From positions 984,730 to 1,033,376 of the forward strand of contig NC_069007.1 of the NCBI RefSeq assembly GCF_001194135.2: a stretch of DNA of 48,647 nucleotides. The letters run 5' to 3'. This document shows positions 25,902 to 38,769 of this stretch, in pieces. The position numbers and the translations under genes were made by a program. This DNA comes from Octopus bimaculoides. Its lineage: Eukaryota. Position 1 is the first letter of the stretch. Every line of letters begins with the position of its first letter. The notes under the pieces are model-generated. The model searched no databases. It was not told the origin of the DNA and saw only the letters and a list, made by a program, of their open reading frames with translations.

Positions 25902-26396
25902 NNNNNNNNNNNNNNNNNNNNNNNNNNNNNNNNNNNNNNNNNNNNNNNNNNNNNNNNNNNNNNNNNNNNNNNNNNNNNNNNNNNNNNNNNNNNNNNNNNN
26001 NNNNNNNNNNNNNNNNNNNNNNNNNNNNNNNNNNNNNNNNNNNNNNNNNNNNNNNNNNNNNNNNNNNNNNNNNNNNNNNNNNNNNNNNNNNNNNNNNNNN
26101 NNNNNNNNNNNNNNNNNNNNNNNNNNNNNNNNNNNNNNNNNNNNNNNNTATATATATATATATGTATATATGTATGTATGTATGTATGTATATATAGCTT
26201 TATCTATGTCTATATTTCTGCAGAAGTGTGTATACGTATATATTTACGTACATATATATGTATGTATATATATGTGTGTATGTGTTTGTGTGTATATATA
26301 CGAATGAATATATGTGTATGTCGTTGTATATGTGTGTATACGTAGTATACCCTAATTGTTGTTCTATAGGTTTGTGTATATTATTATTACTGACAA

Positions 26397-26439
<43 letters not shown>

Positions 26440-26589
26440 TGTGGTAGTGGTGGTGGTGTTATTCTCCAAGTAAGTAAATAGACTCTTCTGCTATCGTTTG
26501 GTTTTGCTTATTGAGTCTCGAAAGTAAAAACTTTGTTATGACAAAAGGATGCAGAAATTTTTACTCCGATGCAATCGGCAAGCTTTTCA

Positions 26590-27662
26590 AAGCACTCACT
26601 CCGTCTCTCTCTCTCTCGCTCTCTCTCTCTCTCGCTCTCTCTCTCTCGCTCTCTCTTCCGATCACCAGCTCTCCATCTCTCTCTGCCTCTGTCTGTCTCT
26701 CTCTTTCTTTCTCTCTCTCTCACACACGTACACACACATACACATCTGAGTTTCTCGTTCACTCACTCAATCACTCAATCATTCGCTCATTCATTCAATC
26801 ATTCACTCATTCTCAATCTGTCATTCATTCTATCTATCTCTCCTCCTTTATTTCTCCTCCTCTCTCGTTTGCTCTCTCCATGTTTATCTATCTACTTATC
26901 TATCTATCGAACGGTTTTGCTATCTATCTATCTGTCTGTCTGTCTGTCGGTTTATCTATCTGTCTGCATGTCTATAACTCTGTCTATACTTCTCTCTCGC
27001 TCTCTTTCTCTCTCGCTCTCTTTCTCTCTCTCACTTTATCTTTCTATCTCTTTTCCTCATACTTTCACTCATTCAATCACTTATCCATAAATTCACTTTC
27101 ACTTTCACTCTCTCTCTCTCTCACCCTCCCTTCTCTCTCTCTCACCCTCCCTTCTCTCTCTCTCACCCTCCCTTCTCTCTCTCTGTTTCTCTCCTCCCCT
27201 TTCGCTCACCTTACTCCATTTCACTGTCTCTACTCCCTCTCTCTCTGTCGCTCTCTCTCAACTTCTCGCACTTTTTCTCCCGCTCATTCACTCATCCAAC
27301 CCCTCATACCTCTCCCTTTCTCGTTCGCTGCTTCTCTCATACATATCTTATATCTCTTTCTCATTCTCCTCTCTAATTTCCCTCTCTCTCTGTCTCTCCC
27401 TGTCTCTGTCTCTCTCTCTCTCTCTCACACTATCTCTAACATATCTTGTTATTCCATTTCTCTACCTGAATCATCCTCGTTCATTTTTCCTCTCTTTCAA
27501 TTTTATTCAATTATATTCTTCCTTCTTCTGCTCCCCCCCCCTCTCTCTCTCTTCACTTGTCTCTCCATCTCTGCATCTCTTTATTTAACCCATTCCCTCC
27601 CTTCCTCTCTCTCTTCTCTCCCCCCCCCCGTTCCAATGTCACACCTCTCACTCTCCCCTCTT
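26590..27662. repeat. about 1-kb pyrimidine-rich (CT)n/(TCTA)n low-complexity tract
   Basis: The plus strand is strongly C/T biased and includes a 21-bp unit TCTCTCTCTCACCCTCCCTTC x3 near 27112-27178. The tract runs into an N gap. Confidence 0.95.
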
Positions 27663-28769
27663 NNNNNNNNNNNNNNNNNNNNNNNNNNNNNNNNNNNNNN
27701 NNNNNNNNNNNNNNNNNNNNNNNNNNNNNNNNNNNNNNNNNNNNNNNNNNNNNNNNNNNNNNNNNNNNNNNNNNNNNNNNNNNNNNNNNNNNNNNNNNNN
27801 NNNNNNNNNNNNNNNNNNNNNNNNNNNNNNNNNNNNNNNNNNNNNNNNNNNNNNNNNNNNNNNNNNNNNNNNNNNNNNNNNNNNNNNNNNNNNNNNNNNN
27901 NNNNNNNNNNNNNNNNNNNNNNNNNNNNNNNNNNNNNNNNNNNNNNNNNNNNNNNNNNNNNNNNNNNNNNNNNNNNNNNNNNNNNNNNNNNNNNNNNNNN
28001 NNNNNNNNNNNNNNNNNNNNNNNNNNNNNNNNNNNNNNNNNNNNNNNNNNNNNNNNNNNNNNNNNNNNNNNNNNNNNNNNNNNNNNNNNNNNNNNNNNNN
28101 NNNNNNNNNNNNNNNNNNNNNNNNNNNNNNNNNNNNNNNNNNNNNNNNNNNNNNNNNNNNNNNNNNNNNNNNNNNNNNNNNNNNNNNNNNNNNNNNNNNN
28201 NNNNNNNNNNNNNNNNNNNNNNNNNNNNNNNNNNNNNNNNNNNNNNNNNNNNNNNNNNNNNNNNNNNNNNNNNNNNNNNNNNNNNNNNNNNNNNNNNNNN
28301 NNNNNNNNNNNNNNNNNNNNNNNNNNNNNNNNNNNNNNNNNNNNNNNNNNNNNNNNNNNNNNNNNNNNNNNNNNNNNNNNNNNNNNNNNNNNNNNNNNNN
28401 NNNNNNNNNNNNNNNNNNNNNNNNNNNNNNNNNNNNNNNNNNNNNNNNNNNNNNNNNNNNNNNNAGACGTATAATTCATTTATTTACATATCTCATTCTG
28501 TATCGCTATTTCGATAATCTGGACTTTCTCTCTTTCCTTCTTTCTCTCTCTCTCTGTCTAACTTTCTCCATGTCCCACTTCATCAGTTGAACCCCCGCCC
28601 ACCTACACACGTACTTATCACCCCCCACACGTATTCACACACGCACACACACGCACCGACTTGCATAAATGCAAACACACAGACACATACATACAAGATC
28701 GCGCACACACACAAACACATACACACAAACACACACACAAACGCTCAAGCAATCACCCGGATGCAACAT

Positions 28770-30480
28770 GTAAATATAGTAGTTGTAGCAGTAGTGGCAG
28801 TAGTAGTAGTAGTAGTAGTAGTAGCAGTGCTATTACAGCTACAACTACTACCGTAGCTGCCACAAACACACTGCAAGTGATAACAGCGACAGAATAATCA
28901 CTCTAGCACCGAAACCACAAGGTGGTTGCTACTAGCACATATACTGCTGCCATTACAACCACCGCCACCACCACCACCATTTCCACCACCGACACCACCA
29001 CCGCCACTGCAGCCGTCTCTATCGCGTCCATTATCAAGTACACTTTCAATAACGGAGTCTTCCACACCGCCACCATCGACAACGCCAGCAACAACGGTAA
29101 CAACAATCAACAACAACAACAACAGTAGCAACACCATCAGATGTACTAGTCACCACAACCACCACCACCAGCACCAATACTACCACCACTAACGCGAACA
29201 ACACCAGCAACATAACAACAACAAAACAACGAATATCAACAACAACAATAACAAAACCGCAAGTAACTCTAACACCACCTCCGCCCCCAACACCACCAAG
29301 AACCATATTAGCACCACCGCCACCACCACCGCCATCTCCACCGCCATCACCACCGCTACTTTCGCCACCACCGCTATCAGTATCACAGTCGTTCCAACCA
29401 CCTNNNNNNNNNNNNNNNNNNNNNNNNNNNNNNNNNNNNNNNNNNNNNNNNNNNNNNNNNNNNNNNNNNNNNNNNNNNNNNNNNNNNNNNNNNNNNNNNN
29501 NNNNNNNNNNNNNNNNNNNNNNNNNNNNNNNNNNNNNNNNNNNNNNNNNNNNNNNNNNNNNNNNNNNNNNNNNNNNNNNNNNNNNNNNNNNNNNNNNNNN
29601 NNNNNNNNNNNNNNNNNNNNNNNNNNNNNNNNNNNNNNNNNNNNNNNNNNNNNNNNNNNNNNNNNNNNNNNNNNNNNNNNNNNNNNNNNNNNNNNNNNNN
29701 NNNNNNNNNGCCACACCGTCGCCGCCAGCACACCGCCGCCGCCACACCGTCGCCGCCGCCACACCGCCGCCGCCACACCGCCACCACACCGCCGCCACAC
29801 CGCCATGGTAGGCAATAATAATACCATACGCAATAATTGGACATTTTCAACAATAACAACAACAACAACAAAAAATCTGTAATAATAAACGATATTAATA
29901 CAATAACAATTACGATCCTCAAAGCCATCATTACAGCCGCCATCATCATCATCATCATCATCATCATCGCAATAGTCGTTGTCGTCAGCATCATCATCAC
30001 CATCGTCATCATCATCATCATCATCATCATCATTGGACGCAGCAACAACAACAATAACAGTGACGTGTCTAATTCTGAGGGGAAACCACTGGCTGCTACT
30101 CCTGCCGCTGCTGCTTCTGATGCTGTTGCCGATGATGATGATGATGATGATGAGGAGGAGGAGGAGGAGGAGGACGAGTTGTAATGCTGATGTTGATGAC
30201 GGCGATAATGATGCTGATGCTGAAAATGATGACGACGATTAAGACGACGACGTTGGTGATGACTATGTTGAAGTTGATGATGATGATGATGGGGAGGAGG
30301 AGGAAGAGAAGAAAGAAGAGGGGAGGCGGAGATCATGATGAGGATTGCAAAAGTGGATGGAGTAGCGGCGGTAGTGCTGACAATAAAAGTGATGACGGTA
30401 ATGATGAGGACGACTAAGATAGAGGACACGGACGAGGAATGATGATGATGATGATGATGATGATGATAGTAATGGTAGTA
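28770..30480. repeat. compound trinucleotide low-complexity domain (GTA, ACC, AAC, CCG, CAT, GAT, GAG)
   Basis: Successive triplet runs read directly from the sequence; they are the source of several spurious long ORFs. Confidence 0.95.
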
Positions 30481-30726
30481 TAGGAACTTGTGCTGCGTAG
30501 AGAGGTTTCATTCCCGGCGCTGCTCATATGATTGGGTGTTGGGGAGAAAGCGCTAAGCGGTGTCCTTCACGGGCTCTAATGATATAATTGTCTCGAAATA
30601 CCCCAGGACGGCTCTCGCATGGAGAAATATCTCAAAATGCAACCCATAGAGTGCAGCCACGAGACTAATAAAGGAACTAAGTTTAGAGTCATATATTTTG
30701 CTGACTAACTTTCCTGGAAATCCAAA

Positions 30727-30817
<91 letters not shown>

Positions 30818-31959
30818 CACACACATACACGCATACACACACACGCACGCAGAGGTATTCTTTTAAATCTTTCTTTTTCTCGATGTCTGCTAATTACAAT
30901 CTTTCACTCTTTTTTCTATCTCTCTGATTCCCTGCTTTCCCAGAATGCCTTTCAAATTTCTCATGATTCTACATCGTTCATCCAGTTCTTGGCCTTTTTC
31001 TACTTCGCTTTATCACGACTAATTTCGTTCTTTGTGTTCTCTCTCCGTCTCTCGCGCTATATCTTCTTTCAATGTCTATTACATCACCCATTAGTTATTT
31101 ATTCTCGTCCCAGCCTAACCCTTATGCACAAAATTATCTCTTAATCTATCTTCGGTCGAAAGAGTATCTGCTGGATAAACTTAAATACATGCCCCATACT
31201 TTGTGTTCTCCCAACGAAAGAGCTAATTCTTTTCCATATACATTATGTTAATCGATTGAAATATTATTTTATAATATCTCTTGTTCTTGGGTACTTTTCT
31301 AATTCGAACTCACTGTCTTGGCCATTATATTGCTGTCTTATTTCCGCGTGTGCTTTGTTACTATCCAGTCTTTACCTTATTTTTCCTGAAGTCAGTTTTC
31401 TATTTTTACTGGTTCATGAGAGTAGCGATAGTGTTGTTAAAGTGGCGAAATCGCAAGATTGCTCACACAACCAAACAAACAAATAAAAACGAACGCATCT
31501 CTAATAACGGACAAAGTCAACGCGTATTGAAAAGTTTGCAAGATGCAAAGAAAATTTCAGAAAAAATAAATACGTAGACGAGTGGAAATCGAACTGGTGA
31601 CTGTGTTAAATGATAAGGCACTAAAATGGAATGACTCTCCCCAGATACAATGATATGTATATATCTTCGAGCGTTAAAGGAAGGTTCAATACTCACGCTG
31701 GGGAAAGACTGTTTTCTTCGTAATTTTACTGGTATAAATCAATATACATTTTTTTCTTTTATTCTTGTGTATAGTTTATATGAAACTATGAAAAACCTGC
31801 TAATTTTCTTGGTCTATATCATGCACTCACACATATATATAAGATTAAACAAATATTACTTAATGGATTGTGCGGAAATATGCAGAATTAAAAGGGGACC
31901 CGAAAGGCTTTTTGTGTAATTCCAATCCCGCCGGCCCACGAAGGCGTAAGGGAAGGGCG

Positions 31960-32270
31960 GATGGATTTTAACTAAAAAAAACGATGTGCTTTTAGCAAAG
32001 CTGGGGAAGACATTTTTAGCTGCATTCTTATATGAAAGTGAAATATGGGTTACTACGGAGATATGCTACGAATATCATTACGAGAGTATTTTCGAGATGA
32101 GATAATTCAAGAACGAAGTGGAGCGATTGACTTGTTGGCAGAATACTCGAAAGCAGAAGTTCTACCGGGCCGGAGATCTTACAAGGTTCGTTGATAACAG
32201 GTAGAACAATGCGGTTGCCAAGATCGAAGTGCCTCTGGGAACGCCACCCCGAAGCTGAGAAGGGAATTTA
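31960..32270 (+). mobile_element. RTE-clade LINE 3-prime fragment, degraded
   Basis: LYESEIWVTT (YGxETW motif) and RKQKFYRAGDLTRFVDNR* (RWAGHVARFxDNRW motif), similar to 5105-5365. Confidence 0.75.
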
Positions 32271-34369
32271 GTAAAGCGATTCGGTCTGAGATAAAAAAAA
32301 AAGAACTGCGCAGTCATGAGAGAATTGGAAGTGCATTGTGACCGGCGATGTATTACAACAACTGATACTTTGGTTCTTACGGTGATACAGTAATAAATAT
32401 GTGTGTGTATGTGTTTGTCTGTCCGTTTGTCTATATAGTGTGTATGTATTCATTCCATGAATATTCACAAATTTCGAGTAGCGGAGAAATGAATTCTGAT
32501 CAGAAACCAAATAAATATGATCAGCTGGATTTATTGAGTAAATCTGATATAGGGGGTAATATATACAGGCATAAGTACATATATATACACATGCATGAAC
32601 GAACACACACACACACACACTGGCACACATATAAATACACATGTATACGCATGTGTATCTACGAATTTATATATATTTGGGTGTATAATCTACAGATATG
32701 AGCGGTAAGACTAATGCTGTTCCCCACCAATACTGCTTGCTGCTTTTGGTACAAGTAACACTTACTAAGCACAACGTACAAAGTGCTGATAAGGGCCCCA
32801 TAAATTATTCAAGCTCGCTAATCAATCTTACGAATACGTCTAAGTATATAATCAACCCTTGCTCTACTTCAGGGTGAAATACTATCATAGACCCTTCAAT
32901 TAGTCAGTGTGAAATTCGTTGATTTGCAGTCAGCATAGAGAACCCCATAAATCAACGGGCTACCGATTTTAGCTGTTTCCTGGCTCCACATGATAAACGA
33001 GAGAGGAGGAGGCTTGTGGTGCAAATAAAGTATTTTCTAACTAAAAATTAACCAATGGCACTTAACAGTTGTGAGCTGCCTCTACAGTTATTAGAGAAAG
33101 GATTTAAAGAACTTAAACTGAGACATCAATGGGCAGAGCGAAGGGAGAAGAAGAGAGAAAAGTGTTGGTATAAAAGTCAGACATCTTCGGTGTATAGGAA
33201 TGGGAAATCAAGGTGTTATTTTAGCTGGATACAGAAGAAACTAAGTATACAATAAAAATAAGAAGCGTGAACGAGAAACTTCATAGTGAAGTGTAGCACA
33301 CACTGGTACAGGAATATACTCCAATGATATCACATAATGACAATGGAGTCGACGAAAGCTATGGGAACTTCAGAGACCTAATTGAAATCTCCACATTTTG
33401 CTACAAAATCATAATGGAAAACTTCAACGCAAAGATCTGAAATTAAAAAGAAATACATAAAGCTAAAATGAAAGGAGACAACACGGAATCGACCAATGAA
33501 ATGAAATAGAAGAAAGGAAACTAGAGTTTGGCGACATGTAATAAATTGAAAATCATGAACCTACTTCATAAGAGGGAAAATATAAGGAAACCAAACATGG
33601 ATAAGGCTTGACAGATGAAGAAAAACAACTGTTCTTGAACAAACCTGATATTATGAAGTATATGACAGTCATCAGTAAGGTAAATAGTGGAAGAGACCGC
33701 TGCGTAGTGATGAGCGCAATAATTATTAACATCAAAGGAGGAAGTAAAAAATTGGTGGTAAAGCCAAGTCATCTTGCTATCAACAAAGAAAACTTGAAAG
33801 ACAAGAAACAGGAATTGCAGCTAGAGCTGAACAATCGATTTAGCAAACTACATGGAAGCGGATATGACTTAAACAGCTGGAGCAGTTAGATAGAATACGT
33901 AATCAAAGAATATGCAGTAGAAATAGCCGGAGAGAAACGAAGGAAACTTGTATCAAAGTTAAATGTCTTATCGAGAAATGCAAACAGATGAAACGACGGC
34001 GTATGAGTGTAGGTAAGAGGATATTGTGGAAAATGATAGAACTGCAAGAAAAATGATAACAGAATGCATCGGGAAAATGCAACAGATAGGAGGGAAATGA
34101 TGGAGAGGAAGAACGCAATCTTGTAACAAGTGCAAGGAATTGAGGGCTACAAAGAAAAACAGAATAAGTTGCCTGTTTGACAAAGACAGCGAATAAGAAA
34201 TCGGTTAAAAATGATCAAAATGACGAAGAGGTTTCCAAAAATCTTTGCAAAATTCTATAATTGAGAACTTACCGAATTATATACACAGCCTGTGTCACTA
34301 ATGGCAATTAAGCAAAACAATGAACATAAATAACAATATTTTTTCTAATTTAGGTATAAAACAATCGGT

Positions 34370-34500
34370 TTTGATAGGGGTGGTCTGTTGTTTGTGTAGA
34401 TCGACCCCAGCATGTGGCTTGTACTTATTTTGTCAATCACCCAACCACAAACAAAGGTAGGCTAAGTCGATCCTAGCGCAATTTGAACTAGGGAGCTAAA
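34370..34500 (-). mobile_element. old SINE family A relic inside RTE
   Basis: GATCGACCCAG...GTACTTATTTTGTCAA...AAGTCGATCCTAGCGCAATTTGAACT. Confidence 0.55.
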
Positions 34501-34611
34501 TATCTGTAAGTAAGTATTAGTAGATACTTGTTCCAAACTCTGACGATGCTGCCTTAGAATACGTTTCAGAAATTGTCGCCTAATAAGCATACTTCAAGAT
34601 ATACGTTAAGT

Positions 34612-34675
34612 TAAGGTAGAAGGCGGTGTCCCAGCATGGCCGCAAGCCAATGACAGAGAAAAATAACAGGTAAAT
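34612..34675 (+). mobile_element. SINE 3-prime tail fragment
   Basis: AAGGCGGTGTCCCAGCATGGCCGCA...AATGACAGA, a tail module shared with 35335, 39485 and 47238. Confidence 0.7.
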
Positions 34676-35097
34676 GCATCAAGGTACGTCCTTATGGAGA
34701 CAAATGGAAAAATCCTGGGAAGCAACAACAATCACCGGATTTGGCAGACTTCGGGTAGCGTGGCTTCCATAGAAAAGCAAAGACCACCACCAGCGACTTG
34801 TAAGAATCATCATGCGTCGTTGTTTCTAACTTTCATCGATTATTAGAAAGCCTTCGATGCGATAAAGATCAATCATTGTTGTTTTTGCTGGAAAACCAAG
34901 ATGTCGAGAAAGCTACACCTTGGTAAAGGATGTCTGTAGAGGTAGCATGAATAGCAACAGACTTTACAGAGGGAAAGAGAGAGAAAGAGAGAGAATGAGA
35001 GAGAGAGAGACGCACAGACACAAAGACAAGGTGTGAGGAGAAAGAGAGAGAGAATGAGAGAGAAAGCGAGAATGAGAAAGTGATTAGAAGAGGGGGA

Positions 35098-35137
<40 letters not shown>

Positions 35138-35264
35138 GAACTCGGAGAAGAGAGGGACTGAATATATCACCCAAACTTTTACAATCTGGTGCGAAAATGT
35201 CTTCAAAGTTTGAAACGGAGAAATGAGGGATAAACATGAATGGAAAGACCCTGTAGCGTCTCAG

Positions 35265-35400
35265 AACAAGTATCGGGTTCAAAAAAAAAAAAAAAGGAAA
35301 AGAAAATTACTGGGATCGATCTATTGGATTAAATCCCTTCAAGGCGGTGCTCCAGCATGGCTGCAGTCGGATGACTGAAATAAGTGAAGATAAAAAGAAA
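35265..35400 (+). mobile_element. SINE 3-prime half truncating the RTE copy
   Basis: AAGTATCGGG...TACTGGGATCGAT...TTCAAGGCGGTGCTCCAGCATGGCTGCAGTC...TGACTGAAATAAGT...ATAAAAAG. Confidence 0.8.
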
Positions 35401-36199
35401 GTACCCAGGGCAAAGCAGAAAATCCACAATAATACAGCTTCAAGTATTAGAATGGGCCACTTTTAACAATCAGAGCAACGTTCGGACATCAAACCTTCCA
35501 CGTCTCCGTCAAAAGGAAAACCAGAAACCAATGCATGATTCACAGCCGTTTAAGGATGAGAAACGCGTGGATATTAAGAACGGAAAGGGAGAGATAGAGA
35601 GAGAGAAAGGGAGAGAACTGGCAGTGTGCCAACATAGAAAGGAATAATCAATGACAGGCATAACAGACGCAGAGAGAAAGAGAAATAGATGGGTAGGAGA
35701 ACGGACGAATGTTGATAATGTTCTTAAATGGACGTAGCGAGAATTAGAGTAGAATTACGGATATGTGTTAAATGGAAGGATCATCAGGGTTTAATTTTTG
35801 TTAAGAAAAGGGCATGAAACGAAATGTAATGGCAGGGCGAAATCGACACAGCGGACAAATAATAAATGATGACAATCAACTAGAAATCCCAGAATATGGT
35901 AATGACGTAGAGACATGTTGTGGTTTTCATGCACACTAGTGTATTTTCACGCACACACACATGCACACATATGTACTTACATATAAGGGACCAAAGGGTA
36001 CGTACGCCGCCATATGTATATAAAAAATAAAATACAAAAAGTGGGACAAGAACGCAAAACATCCAGACAATTAGATGAGACAAAAACGGGACAACAAAAC
36101 ATCCAGTTAGATGTAACTAAAAAGAGACAAGAAAAAACAAGGATGGGTCATTCGGAGTTTTCTTTCCTCAATCGAGTTCCAAATTATCTTTGCAATTTC

Positions 36200-36470
36200 G
36201 GCTAATTATACTCGAGATTGCTCCAATCTGGCCAGCCCCAGAGGAACAACTAATATAAGAGCACTAGATTCCTTGGAAGAACACAGCGAATATATACGAA
36301 AAGAAAGGACGGAAAAAATCGGAGAAATGGTACAGTAATACAAATGGAAACAACGGGACATTAACAACAGGTGTCTTTCTACTGAGGAGGAATTAAATTA
36401 AGTTGGCGTTTGTAGAAGTGAAGCCTTATGGCAGGGACATGAGATGACAGACATGGGAAGGAATATAGAT
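36200..36470 (+). mobile_element. possible Penelope-like GIY-YIG endonuclease relic
   Basis: Broken translation YTRDC...GTTNIRALDSLEEHSEYIRKERTEK...LSTEEE...SEA resembles the PLE pattern CxxC..YIGxTxRxLxxRxKEH...EKS...ILxxE..R...EA. Confidence 0.35.
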
Positions 36471-37586
36471 GTTGCACGGATGGTAGTCGAACCAAGAAAG
36501 AAAAGTCTATATATAGTATTTCATATAGCACAGCAATTAAACCCTTGGAGAGAACGGGAAATAATTCTGCTTTGAAGCAATGGATTTCAAAACACATTAA
36601 GCTTTAATGCATTCAACATTTTTGTTGCAGAAAGGTTTTTTCAGCTCAATATTCCCATACTATATTTTATAGTTTTATGTACATCGAGATCCACTACTCG
36701 AAAAAAGAATTATACATATATATATATATATAAACTGTTTGAAATAAATTTCCTTAACCCCCATCCCGCTACCATTATTTGAACCTTATCCCGATTGCTT
36801 AATTTTCTAACCTTGCTTGTTTAGGTCCCTCTTCTCTGCTAATTTATTCGAAAGATTCTCTGAGATGGCTTTCAAGCAGTCATCGTAGCCGTTCCTTCTC
36901 TTGTTTAAACTGTCCTTGCAATAATGAAACCTCTCCCGGTCTATTGCTTACACAACACTGTTAAGCTGCCACACAACCAGCGTCGTATATTTTCTCCTCT
37001 CTTTTTATCACATTTGTCATGTTTGATCTGAGTTTCTTGCGTCCAAACATTGCTTAGTATTCTCTTATTCCCTTGTTTTTCCAACATTTGATCCACAGTT
37101 AGAAATTTACGCTGGATAGGTTTCCCTTCAGGTTAGATGACATCTTTTTTTTTTCTCAAATTGGTGACAGATTTGTCTTCTCGCAATCATACAAGGAATT
37201 TTTCATTCGTTTACATTCTTTCTCTCTTTCCCTCCCTCTATCTTTCCCTTTCTTTCTTTCTGTCACTTTGTCTTTCTGCCTCTCTCTGTCTCTCTCTCTC
37301 TTTCTCTGTCGCTCTCTGCTACTCTCCTCCTCTCTCTATCTTTTTCTATCTCTTTCTGTTTCTTTCTCTTTCTCAAACAACAATCTTCTATTCTTTCACT
37401 CGCTCTCCTTTATTCACACACACACACACACACGTACACAAATATACACACACAGACACACGCAAACACACACTCAGACACACACATGTACCCGCTCACA
37501 AGCACACAAATGTGCACACTCACACTTAGACACACACACACAGATACACTTATTCACACTAAAACAGAGAAACACAGAACCACGCA

Positions 37587-37645
<59 letters not shown>

Positions 37646-37760
37646 ATTCACACTATAACAGAGAAACACACACACACACACACTAGCGCTATGGTTTTTC
37701 TCTCGTTCTCTTTTGTGTGTCTTCACCATTCTTGGTGTTTATCCGCGTTTTGTCTTACAG

Positions 37761-37825
37761 AAAACGAAAGCGAAACACCTTCTTGCTGAAAGAAGGGAAG
37801 AATTAAGAATAAGGAAGTGGAATGG
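37761..37825 (+). other. candidate 65-nt exon
   Basis: Acceptor gttttgtcttacag and donor TGG|gtgagg. A single open frame KTKAKHLLAERREELRIRKWN. No homology recognised. Confidence 0.25.
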
Positions 37826-38172
37826 GTGAGGTTAGGGAAGAGGAGGAGTCATTAAATAATGTGTGTGTGAGTGAAAGTGACGTGTGTGTGCGCTGTGTGT
37901 GTATGTGTTTTGTTTCTCATGGAAAAGGGACACGTAAAAATATAAAACTGAAAATGTGTTTATGAGAGAGAGAGAGAGAGAGAAGAGAAGAGATATTGAG
38001 AGAGAGAGAGAGGAAGAGATATTGAGAGAGAGAGAGAGGAAGAGATTGAGAGTGAAGGGGAGAGAGAGAGTGAGAGAGAATGTGCGCGTGAGCATGTTTA
38101 TTGAAATATATATTATATAACTACTTGCATGTATGTTTATATATGTATATGTACATATGTATATACATATAA

Positions 38173-38214
<42 letters not shown>

Positions 38215-38443
38215 ATATACACACACACATGTATATATTGTGTGTAAATTAGTACGTGTGCGCGTGTCTTTGCTAACAGTTGCCCTGATTGAAAATACAC
38301 GGTTTTGGTCAAAGTATATATATATATTTGTTGTTGTACTTGGGGATGGTCATATTGCCAGTTTAGCCAATAAAAACACACGCACTGTATATTTGGTGTT
38401 AATTTGCTTCAGCTTTATATTACATTAATCTTAATCTTATTTC

Positions 38444-38488
38444 GGCCAGAGTACTTTCGTCACACTTCTGTGACCTCATCAATGGTCC
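38444..38488 (-). ncRNA. minimal type I hammerhead ribozyme motif (Penelope-associated type), variant
   Basis: The minus strand reads GGACCA-TTGATGA-G-GTCAC-AGAAGT-GTGAC-GAAA-GTAC-TC-TGGCC. It has core UUGAUGA (C3U), a 5-bp helix II, GAAA, a palindromic AGUACU helix III, a CUC cleavage triplet and a helix I of CCA/UGG plus GG/CC. Confidence 0.6.
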
Positions 38489-38769
38489 TTTGTTTCCTTC
38501 TTTCTTATGTGTGTTTCACCTTGCTAAATATCAGCCATTTTGTATATATATATATACATGTAAAGAAGTATACATATACAAATATATATGATTGAGTGTG
38601 TGTGTGAGAGAGAGAGGGGGAGAAGACCGGGCGAATGTCTCTAACACTCCAAATTTGAGTAACGTTTTCTTGCTTGGATTTGTAAACTGCTATAAGAATA
38701 TACTAACACAGAAAAATTAAAACAAAACGAAAAGAAGTTCGTTGTGTGAAGAACCAACACAGTAAAAAT

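Larger units (their letters stand above)
33045..35262 (+). mobile_element. RTE-clade LINE, degraded APE and RT, interrupted by SINEs and a microsatellite
   Basis: APE motifs VQEYTP...IIMENFNAKI, NKLKIMN and VNSGRDRCVV (SDH region). RT motifs FLTFIDY*KAFDAI (about 34820-34865) and ISPKLFT..ENVFK...GINMNGKTL (35160-35255). Interrupted at about 34300-34680 and 34970-35135. Confidence 0.9.

Noticed and set aside
29837-30184. Plus ORF ending AAAASDAVADDDDDDDEEEEEEEDEL*, resembling an acidic tail with an ER-retention-like end
   Set aside because: Built from ATC, GAT and GAG triplet runs. It has no real ATG context and no pyrimidine-rich acceptor, so chance is likely.
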